Source of the DNA: a virus | Length of the DNA stretch: 64,000 bases | Reading direction: 5' to 3' (one strand) | Virus record (IMG/VR): IMGVR_UViG_3300044647_001784 | Coordinates: 22,297 to 86,296 of that record | Shown: positions 50,409-59,940 of the stretch, one piece after another | Layout of the letters: each line of letters opens with the position of its first letter | Position numbering within the stretch: position 1 is the first letter of the stretch | The notes under the pieces: generated by a model | Databases searched by the model: none | Told to the model about the DNA's origin: nothing | Seen by the model: the letters and a program-made list of their open reading frames with translations, nothing else | Position numbers and translations under genes: made by a program

Positions 50409-50564
50409 ATGACTCAACTAACCGAAACACTATTTAGCACTATCGTGCACGATTTCCACAATGGTGGCGTAAAGTCATCTTATGGATTAGATGCGTACAC
50501 ACGCAAGGAAATCCTTGCCTACCTTATCCGCTCTAAGGGTTGCGAGTGCATCAACTGTCTGTGA
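50409..50564 (+). CDS. Small hypothetical protein (51 aa, C-terminal CxCxxC)
   Basis: Below the ORF-track cutoff; first gene behind promoter 50351 with AACGAAAGG RBS. Confidence 0.6.
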   Translation: MTQLTETLFSTIVHDFHNGGVKSSYGLDAYTRKEILAYLIRSKGCECINCL

Positions 50565-50748
50565 GGTAAATCACACGACACACCCTAGCAACCTCCCCAA
50601 TTTGTCAGCCCCATACGCTACAATTACAACATAACAACAACGAAAGGTCAGAATAAATGACACTAGATGAATACAAGGCGCTAGTAGAAGCGCAACGCAA
50701 GGAAAGCCTTGCACAAGCCCTATCCGCACTAACAAAAGAGGTTAAATA

Positions 50749-50931
50749 ATGTCATACGCATACTCATACCAAACCAATAGCGTGTCTAAGTGGGATACTA
50801 TCCAAGAGGATGTCGCAGACCAATACACTTACCTTGATGAGGTAGATGAGGAACAACCTCCACTAGATGAATTCTATGATGAAGATTCTGAACAACTAGC
50901 ACAACTATTCGCACTAACATGGGAGAACTAA
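50749..50931 (+). CDS. Small acidic hypothetical protein
   Basis: ORF track; GAGG RBS; TAATG coupling. Confidence 0.6.
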   Translation: MSYAYSYQTNSVSKWDTIQEDVADQYTYLDEVDEEQPPLDEFYDEDSEQLAQLFALTWEN

Positions 50932-51082
50932 CAATGACTATCACTTACTCACTATGGGACGGGGCACAATTCCTCGGTTTCTTTACCGCTACTAGCGCAG
51001 ATGAAATGCTAAAGGTAGTAAGCGACTTACAAAAAGTTTCTAAAAATGTAGTAGCACATATGCGAAAGGTAGAACAGAACTA

Positions 51083-51274
51083 ATGACAATAGAACTAGAT
51101 GACTACGGCTTAATGATTGACCTAGGTGATTTTCTCTATGTATCTCTATCATGGGCGTTTATTATTTTGACCGCCGTTATTCTTGTCGGTGCTAAGGTAT
51201 ACAATAAGATAAAGAGTAATAAGCAAGTAGCCCCTATCGGCTTTAACAATGATGATGATTGGATGACTAAATGA
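51083..51274 (+). CDS. Small membrane protein
   Basis: One hydrophobic segment. Confidence 0.55.
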   Translation: MTIELDDYGLMIDLGDFLYVSLSWAFIILTAVILVGAKVYNKIKSNKQVAPIGFNNDDDWMTK

Positions 51275-51940
51275 ATCGCTTACTAACTACACTAGTGCAA
51301 CTATCTATCGCTATCCCCGCCCTATACATGATGAGGATCGTGTACCATGATTTCAAGGCAGAGATGCGAGAGATGTGGCAAGAATCACACTAGGGTAACG
51401 GCGTGTCGCCTTGACAAAGGCGTCAGCTGCCCCTATCTTTTGTGGGGGGTTATCCACAGGTTAAGAAGGTCTGTGGAAAACCCCTGAAATTTTGTGAGAT
51501 TTATCACATAGGCTGAGCGTCTCACATCTTGGAATTACTCGCTAGTAAGTAGCCAAATGTCAGCCCCTTAGTGTAAAATTCCTACTATAACAACAACGAA
51601 AGGGGTCATACCTTGACCATACTAATCTCATCAGAGGTTTTAGAGAATAGAGAATTATCTAACTCTAATCCATACATGTATCAAAAAGCAAAAACTTATT
51701 TGCTATCATGCACAATTTGTGCGAATAACTATTTAGAAATTTTTGCAAAAGATGCAGACTTTACTAAATTTACTTGTGAGGAGTGCTGGTAATCATGGCA
51801 GTTTATGAGTTTAATGCTTTTATAAATGTAGAGGCTGAATCCTATGATGATGCTATTGATACATTTCAATTTCAATTAAAATACGGAATAAATCAAAATA
51901 ATGTTTATGTTGCCGACATAAGAGATTTGGAGTTAAGCGA

Positions 51941-52135
51941 ATGAAATCAGATTTCGAAAAAGATTTAGAAATTAAAGAAAGTTTTATTGATTTACTAAAT
52001 GATGTTTATCCTACTGTAAAAATTGGTTATTCAACTTTTACACCCGCCGAAATTTTAGAATGTTGCGACCCAGTAGCATTTGCAATTGGTTTAGTAGAAC
52101 ACGCAGATTATTTAGCAGAAATGGAAAACGAATGA
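51941..52135 (+). CDS. Hypothetical protein
   Basis: ORF track; GGAG RBS. Confidence 0.6.
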   Translation: MKSDFEKDLEIKESFIDLLNDVYPTVKIGYSTFTPAEILECCDPVAFAIGLVEHADYLAEMENE

Positions 52136-52504
52136 GCGACTTATTTGGATTTGAAAAAGCAATTCAGCTCGATCATCTTAGCGATGAACAAATAAATCAA
52201 TTAGAGGAAATTCTAAAAGATTATCAATAGATAGCGGCGTGTCGCCTTGACAAACAGGGCGGCACCCCCACATATGCACGGGGTCGGGCGTGTCGTTATG
52301 AAGATGTTATAAAATCCCCCGAAATTTACGGCGTGTCGATTTGACAGGGTTATCCACAGATCTCGGGCGTGTCGTCCACAGGCTAAATGTGATTACTATC
52401 ACACGGCTTGAGCGTCTCATTATTTGGATTTACTGGCTAGTAATTATCTTTTGTCAGTGCTATCCGCTATAATTGCTACTATCAACAAACGAAAGGCGGA
52501 CTCC

Positions 52505-52717
52505 ATGTCAGCAAATGTCTACACAATCGAAAGCCTACTTGTAGGAAAAATGTATCGCTCAAATTCTCTTACTGGAGAAATTATCTCAGCAGAAAAAAAT
52601 GATAGTGTCTGGTATGCAAATGCAGATACTTACAAAGTGCAGGTACGCCCAATTTATTCTGCACCGCTAAATCTAAAAGATACTTACCGCTATTTAGCCG
52701 TAAAAACTTCCGATTAA
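52505..52717 (+). CDS. Hypothetical protein
   Basis: Start moved to ATG 52505 behind promoter 52452 and GAAAGG. Confidence 0.6.
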   Translation: MSANVYTIESLLVGKMYRSNSLTGEIISAEKNDSVWYANADTYKVQVRPIYSAPLNLKDTYRYLAVKTSD

Positions 52718-52806
52718 ATAAAATCGAAACAGGGGCAGTTTAGAGAGTGTTCTCGCCCAATGTCGTAAGTAAGAACTCTCACCAATTTTTTAACGAAAGG
52801 AAAACT

Positions 52807-52971
52807 ATGCTAAACATAATCGACAAAACCGATTTCTATGAAATCGCAGATGAGCAACACTTTTGCTGTGATGAAAGTCAGTTTAAGTATTACTGTATCG
52901 AACACCTAGAATTTATGGGTTGCTACTTTTGCGGATTTGACTATGACAAAGATTGCGAGGAACAACACTAA
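52807..52971 (+). CDS. Small Cys-rich acidic protein
   Basis: AACGAAAGG RBS; CC..C..CxxC..C. Confidence 0.55.
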   Translation: MLNIIDKTDFYEIADEQHFCCDESQFKYYCIEHLEFMGCYFCGFDYDKDCEEQH

Positions 52972-53290
52972 TGGGATACATTGAGATTTTTAGAATGGAT
53001 CAAGACGGGGCGGGTTGGGTAGATTTATCCGAAGCCACCCCCGATGAACTATTTACTATTGAGGTTGGGCTACTTAATGAGGGAGCCTTATTCACTAGCC
53101 CCGAAGCCGACTAAATGTCAGTGGGCTAGGCTATAATAAGCAATAACAACAACGAAAGGAAAACTATGATTAACTCAGTAATGACTATCGAGTGCGTGGA
53201 TTGCCACGGATACGGAATTATCTTTTTTGGTAATGATAACGACTATGATTGCGAGCCATGCGATTGCGTGGAAGAATTGGAGAACAACTA

Positions 53291-53494
53291 ATGTATAAAT
53301 TAACTTGTGCTTATGACGGACACGCTCCTCATTGGTCAGCAGAATACGAAAACGAATTTGGTGCATGGGAAAACTTTTTCTTATTCACCGATTGGGGATT
53401 TGCTAACGAATACTCAACTGTAAATATTTACACGCCAACAGGCAAATGCTATACAAAAGTTTTCTACAGAACAGGAATGGTATCAGTTAAATGA
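53291..53494 (+). CDS. Hypothetical protein
   Basis: Start at TAATG overlap 53291. Confidence 0.55.
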   Translation: MYKLTCAYDGHAPHWSAEYENEFGAWENFFLFTDWGFANEYSTVNIYTPTGKCYTKVFYRTGMVSVK

Positions 53495-53682
53495 TGACAC
53501 GAAAAGATTATGTCGCAACCGCTGAAATTCTAAAGTATGTAAGCGATAAAACTCACCCCGCTGTTTTTTCTAAAATGGTAAATGATTTTGCGGAGATGTT
53601 CGCAAAAGATAATGAGCGATTTGATGTAAAACGATTTCACGAAGCGAGTGGATACAATGTTCCAAAATTCACTTCGAGATAA
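53491..53682 (+). CDS. Hypothetical protein
   Basis: 'MTRKDYVATAEIL...FAKDNERFD..RF'; ATGA overlap. Confidence 0.6.
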   Translation: MMTRKDYVATAEILKYVSDKTHPAVFSKMVNDFAEMFAKDNERFDVKRFHEASGYNVPKFTSR

Positions 53683-54038
53683 AGTAAAACGCATTCAGGA
53701 ATTGCGCCGCAGTAATGCGGCGCAACCTGTTCGCAATAAAAAAAAATACACACGCAAAATAAAACATAAAAATAAATTTGACACTTAACGCAAAATCCCG
53801 CACATAGCTGCGGGGTCGGGCGTGTCGTTAAGGACGTGATGTAAATCACCCTGGAATTTTGGGCGTGTTGTGGAAAATGTCAGTGGCCTATGGTATTATT
53901 CTCTTAAATCAAACGAAAGGCTCATCCCATGGATTTTTATGATGACTACTATGAAACAGATATGATACGCCCTGACGCTAAGTCATGCTATTGTACTAAC
54001 CATTCTATTTGTACTAATTGCACTAAGGGGTATAACTA

Positions 54039-54761
54039 ATGACTAAACTAAAAAGATCTAATGATAGAAAGGTGGCTAACCTTGTCACAAAAAATGGAAA
54101 GCAAGCCGCAATTGCGAACACGTTCGGGCTCCCTGCAGGAAAGAATTATTCATGCCCTGGTGCCACTAGTATTTGTGAGAGTGTTTGCTACGCAGGAAAA
54201 CTCGAAAAGGTATTCCCAAGCGTTAAAGTAAATCTATTGCATAACTGGGAATTACTAAAAGACGCAGACGGTGAAACTATGGTGCGTCTACTTAATGAAA
54301 TGATAATTGACTTCAAGGCTGATTGTGTAAAGAAAGACGCACCTATGCTATTCCGTATCCACTGGGACGGAGACTTCTTCAATGATACTTATGCATATGC
54401 ATGGAAAATAGTTATTGATAAGCATGAGGATGTTCAATTCTGGGTTTATACTCGTGTAAAGTCTGCGGCGCTTATTCTTAAGGATGTATCTAATCTATCG
54501 CTATACTATTCAACGGATGATGATAATAAAGAAATCGCATTCGACTTAAAAACTAATTCAAAAATCCGCCTTGCTTATCTTGGTAAGACATTCGCTGCAA
54601 CCGAAGACACAATGAAAGAATTGACTGGTAAGCCTGGTGCTAAGTGTCCTGAGAATATGAAGAGTATTCCACTTATCTCTAGCAATGGGTCCGCCTGCGT
54701 ATCTTGTGGTCTATGCGTATATGGTAAAGCGGATATTAGATTTTCTGCGAGTAAAAAATAA
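54039..54761 (+). CDS. Mycobacteriophage gp88-like Cys-rich (Fe-S / radical-SAM-like) protein
   Basis: 'FGLPAG..SCPGA...C...CYA', 'FRIHWDGDF', 'FWVYTR', C-terminal CP...CxxCxxC. Confidence 0.7.
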   Translation: MTKLKRSNDRKVANLVTKNGKQAAIANTFGLPAGKNYSCPGATSICESVCYAGKLEKVFPSVKVNLLHNWELLKDADGETMVRLLNEMIIDFKADCVKKDAPMLFRIHWDGDFFNDTYAYAWKIVIDKHEDVQFWVYTRVKSAALILKDVSNLSLYYSTDDDNKEIAFDLKTNSKIRLAYLGKTFAATEDTMKELTGKPGAKCPENMKSIPLISSNGSACVSCGLCVYGKADIRFSASKK

Positions 54762-55040
54762 TGTATGAGGTTATTGGTATGATTGGCGGATCTATGGTAA
54801 TTCTTATATCGCTCCTGCCAATTTTATTAGCTGCATATGTAATATCTAAATTGTAACAGCGTGTCGGCTTGACAATGTCAAGCTGGCCCGCAATGTTGCG
54901 GGGTTATCCACAGGTTTAAGGGGCTTATCCACAAGCCCCTGGAATTATGTGAGATTTATCACAAGGCTCATGCGTAAATAGATTAGGTAATGTCAGTGGG
55001 CTATGTTATAATTCTCTTATCCAACAACGAAAGGCAATAA

Positions 55041-55244
55041 ATGAAAATAGAACACAACCTAAAGTTTGTAACTGAGTTTGCAGACGGACACCCAATAACT
55101 GCACGGGTAATGGCACTTGATGAGTCAATGCGTACTGAAATGCTTGAAGGTATGCTAAAGGATTTAGTAGGCTCTCGCTTGCAACCAATTCTTGATGAAA
55201 TAAATGCCAATGGCTCATACGCAATTCTAAAGGTTGCTGAATAA
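55041..55244 (+). CDS. Hypothetical protein
   Basis: Behind promoter 54991 with CAACGAAAGG leader. Confidence 0.6.
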   Translation: MKIEHNLKFVTEFADGHPITARVMALDESMRTEMLEGMLKDLVGSRLQPILDEINANGSYAILKVAE

Positions 55245-55513
55245 TGGGAAGTGTAACAGCACTAGGTATTCAGGACAGTGTGTTAGATTTAGAAACACAA
55301 TTAGCCTATCACTTACAGGGTAATCACTATCCACCCGTTCCACTATCTATGGTACCAGTATGTATTCAGGCAATAGATTTTGCTTATGATGAAATGTGGG
55401 ATGAAACTATTGAAATGCCTGATGGTATTTCTTATAAGGGTGAAACATGTGCGCCAGTATGGGCGATCATCGAGGCTCACCACTTACACTTTTGGCTACC
55501 TGAAAGTGACTAA
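55244..55513 (+). CDS. Hypothetical protein
   Basis: 'HLQGNHYPPVP...IEAHHL'; TAATG coupling. Confidence 0.6.
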   Translation: MGSVTALGIQDSVLDLETQLAYHLQGNHYPPVPLSMVPVCIQAIDFAYDEMWDETIEMPDGISYKGETCAPVWAIIEAHHLHFWLPESD

Positions 55514-55608
55514 GGTCACACAATAACTTTCTCAAATAATGAGATGGGGGTTGATAAATGTCAGCCCCCAATGCTACAATACTACCCTACAAAGAAAAGA
55601 GGCAATAA

Positions 55609-55791
55609 ATGACAATACAAGATAAGTTGTATCAGGTTGGAGATTTATTCACTACCCTAAAGTCAAAAAAGACGGGCGTGATTAAAGAAATCCACCCACA
55701 AGCATCTGGCTCGGTGCGTGTGCTACTAGAAATGCCAACAAAGGAAACTCGCTGGACAACAGTATCAGCAAGCACCCTAGCAGGTAATTAG
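55609..55791 (+). CDS. Small beta-rich hypothetical protein
   Basis: Behind promoter 55559. Confidence 0.55.
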   Translation: MTIQDKLYQVGDLFTTLKSKKTGVIKEIHPQASGSVRVLLEMPTKETRWTTVSASTLAGN

Positions 55792-55876
55792 CATAGGGCA
55801 GGGGGGTCGCAGAAATGTCAGACCCTCCTGCTATACTACTCTAACAAACAACCAACCAACGAAAGAGAGAAAATAA

Positions 55877-56299
55877 ATGGCACGACAGAAAGCAATTAGC
55901 GTAAAGATAGCAACACCAAAGGTAATCAAGGCACTAGAAACTCGCTTGACAAAGTTAAATGCCGATTACGCATCACAAGAAGCCAACGAAGCAAAGCACG
56001 AAAAGGCTTTAGAAAAGTGGCGCAAAGAAGTAGGAAAGTTCGCTATGGCTAATTTTGCTAAGGCAGAAAACTTCCGCACAAACTATCGCTCATGGAATAA
56101 GACACTTAATGTTGATTTCGATTTAACAGTTAATGAGTCAGACTTTCCTAAAGAGCCTGAGAAGGACTACGAAGTTCTCCACCGCCACTCATACAATGAG
56201 ATGAAAGAGGAATTGGAAAACGCAATTCGTATTCTAAAGATGACAGATGAGGAAACAGTAAGCACAAGCACTTACAATGCTATTGCTCGTTATCTCTAA
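55877..56299 (+). CDS. Hypothetical protein
   Basis: 140 aa behind promoter 55816. Confidence 0.65.
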   Translation: MARQKAISVKIATPKVIKALETRLTKLNADYASQEANEAKHEKALEKWRKEVGKFAMANFAKAENFRTNYRSWNKTLNVDFDLTVNESDFPKEPEKDYEVLHRHSYNEMKEELENAIRILKMTDEETVSTSTYNAIARYL

Positions 56300-56308
56300 A
56301 TAATCCAA

Positions 56309-56335
56309 CGACCTGAGTATGTCGCCAAACTGCTC
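56309..56335 (+). ncRNA. Candidate small H-type pseudoknot (copy 1)
   Basis: CGAC-CTGAGTAT-GTCG-CCAAAC-TGCTC. Confidence 0.45.
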
Positions 56336-56370
56336 TCCCTTTTGGGACAACTACTAACAAAGGTAATACA

Positions 56371-56598
56371 ATGCGGTTCAAGATAGAAATGTATGACGAA
56401 GTAAAACAAAACGACTTAACAATTTATTCTGATGAAGGCTATGACAATGAAAGCCTAAAGGAATTAGTTTTCTCAAACTTAAAAAGATTTGACGGAAATG
56501 TTAAGGCTTTTGTTTATGATCAAAAAAATAAAAAGAAAACATCAGCAGCGTTCTTTCCAATGGAAACAGTAAACTATGTAAAGTCCTTATCTAAGTGA
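56371..56598 (+). CDS. Hypothetical protein
   Basis: AAAGG RBS; followed by hairpin 56601-56626. Confidence 0.55.
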   Translation: MRFKIEMYDEVKQNDLTIYSDEGYDNESLKELVFSNLKRFDGNVKAFVYDQKNKKKTSAAFFPMETVNYVKSLSK

Positions 56599-56803
56599 AA
56601 GGTGGGGCAGCTAATTCTGCCCCGCCCAAGCTTGGCCCGCAATAATGTGCGGGGTTTTCCACAGGTTTAAGAGGGCCTGTGGATAACGCCTGGAATTTGT
56701 GAGATTACTCACATGGATCAATTCGGACATATTGTAACTAATCATAGACAATGTCAGTGGGGTCTGTTATACTTACAACTAACTAAACGAAAGGTAAAAA
56801 TAT

Positions 56804-57811
56804 ATGGCTCACAATCTCGAAACCGAAAACGGCGAAGTTGCTTTTGCATTGCGTGGCGCACCTGCATGGCATAATCTTGCTAATCGTATCTTCACACAAG
56901 ATGAAGATGTTACTACTCAAATGATGTTAGATGAGGCAAAACTATCTAACTGGAATGTTCGTCTATCTCCATTGACCGACCACATCTCAGATACATGGAA
57001 TGATGTATCTAATGCTCAATTAGTTATTCGTGACAACCCATTCAATAGCGGAACTGATGTTCTTGCTACTGTTGGTAAGCGTTACAAGCCTGTGCAAAAT
57101 GAAGAATTGTTTGCATTCGCAGATGCAATTCATGATGCCAATGCTGATTGCCGTTGGGAATCTGCTGGCTCACTTCGTAGCGGTAAGGTTGTTTTTGGTA
57201 CTGTGGATATTCCTCGCACAATGGTGCTTGACCCACAAGGTGCAAATGATGAAACCAAGTTGTATCTAATTGTTTGGACATCACATGACGGGTCTGTTGC
57301 GGTTCAGGCTGCAGTTACCCCTGTTCGTGTAGTTTGCCAAAACACATTGAATCTTGCAATGCGTAATGCTAAGCAATCTTTCAAGATTCGTCACACGCAA
57401 TCTGTTGAAGGTCGCATTCAAGTAGCCCGCGAAACTCTTGGGCTTGCTCTTGGATACTTTGATGAATTTGAGAAAGAGGCTCAGGCTCTTTATTCTCAAT
57501 CAATTACTGATGCTGAATTCTCAAAGTTAATTCAGACAATTTATCCTAAGCCAGATAAAGATTCTGCTAAGGTTGCGCTAACTAAGTGGGAGAATAAGGT
57601 TGTCCTTCTTGACAATCTTTATCATAACTCACCAACTAACGCTAACATCAAGGGAACTAAGTGGGGTGCGTTCAATGCACTAACTGAACGCCTTGACTAT
57701 TATCGTTCAGGTCGCGGAAATTCTGAAACACTTATGGCTGGTGCATCAGGGTTTGACCCAATTCTTACCGCAGAAAAAAATAAAATTAAGAAATTAATTT
57801 CTGCGTTTTAA
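56804..57811 (+). CDS. DUF932 / TIGR03299-like phage/plasmid protein
   Basis: 'PAWH.L', 'VGKRYKPVQN', 'ESAGSL..G', 'SHDGS', 'TPVRVVCQNTL', 'RHT', 'WGAFNALTE'. Confidence 0.85.
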   Translation: MAHNLETENGEVAFALRGAPAWHNLANRIFTQDEDVTTQMMLDEAKLSNWNVRLSPLTDHISDTWNDVSNAQLVIRDNPFNSGTDVLATVGKRYKPVQNEELFAFADAIHDANADCRWESAGSLRSGKVVFGTVDIPRTMVLDPQGANDETKLYLIVWTSHDGSVAVQAAVTPVRVVCQNTLNLAMRNAKQSFKIRHTQSVEGRIQVARETLGLALGYFDEFEKEAQALYSQSITDAEFSKLIQTIYPKPDKDSAKVALTKWENKVVLLDNLYHNSPTNANIKGTKWGAFNALTERLDYYRSGRGNSETLMAGASGFDPILTAEKNKIKKLISAF

Positions 57812-57818
57812 TAAATAA

Positions 57819-57846
57819 ATTCCTGAGCATGAATAAAAACTGCTCA
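57819..57846 (+). ncRNA. Candidate small H-type pseudoknot (copy 2)
   Basis: ATTC-CTGAGCAT-GAAT-AAAAAC-TGCTCA. Confidence 0.45.
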
Positions 57847-57858
57847 CAATTTTTTCTA

Positions 57859-57932
57859 GGTCCATTAGCTCAGTTGGTTAGAGCGCTACCCTGTCACGGT
57901 AGAGGTCGACGGTTCAAGTCCGTTATGGATCG
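57859..57932 (+). tRNA. tRNA-Asp (anticodon GUC)
   Basis: GGTCCAT/ATGGATC acceptor; CTACC-CTGTCAC-GGTAG anticodon arm; GACGG-TTCAAGT-CCGTT T-arm. Confidence 0.9.
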
Positions 57933-58038
57933 CAAATCGCCCGCAATATTTAGGGACAAAAAAGTGTGTTAAGTGTCACATAAAAAAATCCCTGGAATCT
58001 ATAGACAAATGTCAGTGGGACCCTGTATAATTCTCTAC

Positions 58039-58656
58039 ATGACCAACGAACTAGTATCAAGCGTATATACATTTGTCTGTGACCCAGATGAATGCGATTC
58101 TTTAATTCAATTAACATCATCTGATGGATTTGGTTTTCCTTCAGGTGTGACAGAACTCACATGCCCTTGCGGACGTAAGACCACCTTATTGTCAGTCGAG
58201 CATGCTACAATTACACCAACAACAACGGAAGAGGTAAAAATGGAAACAACTACAGACAATCACTACATGACACGAGAATTCCTTGAGTCACAGTTAGTAG
58301 ATAACAAAGCCCGCATTACACAGTTAGAAGAGCACATCCAGCGTATAACTCAGCGTGATTATGCAACTGCAGGAACTCTAAGCAAATTGCGTGATGACAT
58401 GAAGGTATTCACACTCGAAGGCCTTGATGACGAATCTCTTACAGAATTTCAAGCAGAAGAAATTGCTGGCATCTGTGGATTTGAACTAACAAATGAGTTT
58501 GAACTAGAAGTAACAGTTCTATATTCAATTACAGTTAATGCTCGTGATGAAGAGAGTGCACATAATCTAATTCATGATATTGATTTTGACACCGTGTCTT
58601 ATGACTCAGACGGTATTAGTTGGCTATCATCATCTGTAGATAGAATTGAGAACTAA
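58039..58656 (+). CDS. Hypothetical protein; leaderless long form (Cys-rich N-terminus) with internal start at 58240
   Basis: ATG 7 nt after the -10 of promoter 58010; a second promoter (58190) and GAGG RBS precede in-frame ATG 58240. Confidence 0.6.
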   Translation: MTNELVSSVYTFVCDPDECDSLIQLTSSDGFGFPSGVTELTCPCGRKTTLLSVEHATITPTTTEEVKMETTTDNHYMTREFLESQLVDNKARITQLEEHIQRITQRDYATAGTLSKLRDDMKVFTLEGLDDESLTEFQAEEIAGICGFELTNEFELEVTVLYSITVNARDEESAHNLIHDIDFDTVSYDSDGISWLSSSVDRIEN

Positions 58657-58976
58657 TGTTAAAAGAAGGAGAAAACATTGTTTACCTTAAATTAAGAATT
58701 CAAAATGAAATAAAAGATTTAAGTTTAAATCATCCTGAATTATTAGAAGAGTATAAGCAAGATGCAATTAAATCTATTTTTAATTCAGCTATCCTTAAAG
58801 AAACTTTGTCCGTTAAAGAGTTTAGGGATTTAGTGTCAACAGTACGACCTGATTTTTATGAGGGGTATACGATTGAAGATGCAGAAGCGGAATGGGAATC
58901 TATAAAAACAGGCATGATTATTGTTTCTCTTTTTGTTGTGATAGTTGGCGCTCTTATACTTAAGTGGGTGTTCTAA
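58656..58976 (+). CDS. Hypothetical protein with C-terminal TM helix
   Basis: ORF track; TAATG coupling. Confidence 0.55.
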   Translation: MLKEGENIVYLKLRIQNEIKDLSLNHPELLEEYKQDAIKSIFNSAILKETLSVKEFRDLVSTVRPDFYEGYTIEDAEAEWESIKTGMIIVSLFVVIVGALILKWVF

Positions 58977-59179
58977 TGTACTTTGAACTTACCGCTCCAT
59001 CTCGTGTAGCCTTTGCGAGGGCCATTTGGGATGCAGAAATAACTGGACTAGACCCTGAAGCAATGAGTGCATTGACATTCAACATAGGAACTGGTAGTAT
59101 TGAGAAAGTAAGTAGGATTCGTGATAAGTATAACTTAATTGAATCTTATGTAAGCGACAGTAAAACTACAGGATACTAG
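58976..59179 (+). CDS. Hypothetical protein
   Basis: Start at TAATG overlap. Confidence 0.55.
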   Translation: MYFELTAPSRVAFARAIWDAEITGLDPEAMSALTFNIGTGSIEKVSRIRDKYNLIESYVSDSKTTGY

Positions 59180-59330
59180 GAGATAAAATGTCAGACTATA
59201 AAGATGGTTTTGAAGATGGGTACAAGTTTGCCCGTGAAGAAATTATAGAAAAACTATCAGAGATTGATATCGCAGATATTGATACATGGATTCTTGATCG
59301 TCTATCTGACATGATAGAAGGCGGAACGCT

Positions 59331-59528
59331 ATGAACGAATGGGTTGGGTGCGATAAGTGTAACTCAGTAGTACCTGCAATGTATTTAATTAAAATGGTTA
59401 GCGGAGAGCTTTCTTTCTGTGGACACCACTTTAATAAGTTCAAGCCTAGTCTTGACAAAATCGCTTACGAAGTGATAGAATTAAACAAAAAGGAAGAAGT
59501 ACCTCAACTAGTAGAAATGGCGGAATAA
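59331..59528 (+). CDS. Small Zn-finger-like protein (CxxC...CxHH)
   Basis: 'CDKC...LSFCGHH'. Confidence 0.6.
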   Translation: MNEWVGCDKCNSVVPAMYLIKMVSGELSFCGHHFNKFKPSLDKIAYEVIELNKKEEVPQLVEMAE

Positions 59529-59529
59529 A

Positions 59530-59931
59530 ATGGGAGATAGAGCAAACTTCGGATTTAAACAATCCAATGGAGAAACAATTGTGCTATACGGACACTGGGC
59601 TGGACATGGAATGTTAGAGCGCTTAGCAGATGCTGTTGAAGCAGCACGTTCTAGGTGGGGAGATGAATCATATGCTACCCGCATTGCGGTTTCGCATTTA
59701 GTTGGAGAACAATGGCAAGATACAACTGGATGGGGATTATCTGTTAATAACATCCTAGACAACGAGCACAAGATTCCTGTGATTGACTGGAATACACAAA
59801 CGTTTTCACTGCACGAAGAGGCGCCTTGGTCCGAGTCGACAGAATATAAGGTCCGTGGAATGCAAGACGAGCCCATATTCAAAATGACATTGGATTCATT
59901 TATTAATAAGTACTCAAGGGTTAATGCATAA
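59530..59931 (+). CDS. Hypothetical protein
   Basis: 133 aa; 'LYGHWAG'. Confidence 0.65.
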   Translation: MGDRANFGFKQSNGETIVLYGHWAGHGMLERLADAVEAARSRWGDESYATRIAVSHLVGEQWQDTTGWGLSVNNILDNEHKIPVIDWNTQTFSLHEEAPWSESTEYKVRGMQDEPIFKMTLDSFINKYSRVNA

Positions 59932-59940
59932 TTAATCTAA

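Larger units (their letters stand above)
51450..56686. promoter_or_regulatory. DnaA boxes
   Basis: TTATCCACA at 51450, 52350, 54904, 54925 and 56678 (rev); TTTTCCACA at 51472 (rev), 53869 (rev), 56655; all intergenic. Confidence 0.75.

Noticed and set aside
54114-54127. LexA SOS box CGAAC..GTTCG
   Set aside because: Spacer is 2 nt rather than 4, and the site is inside a CDS.
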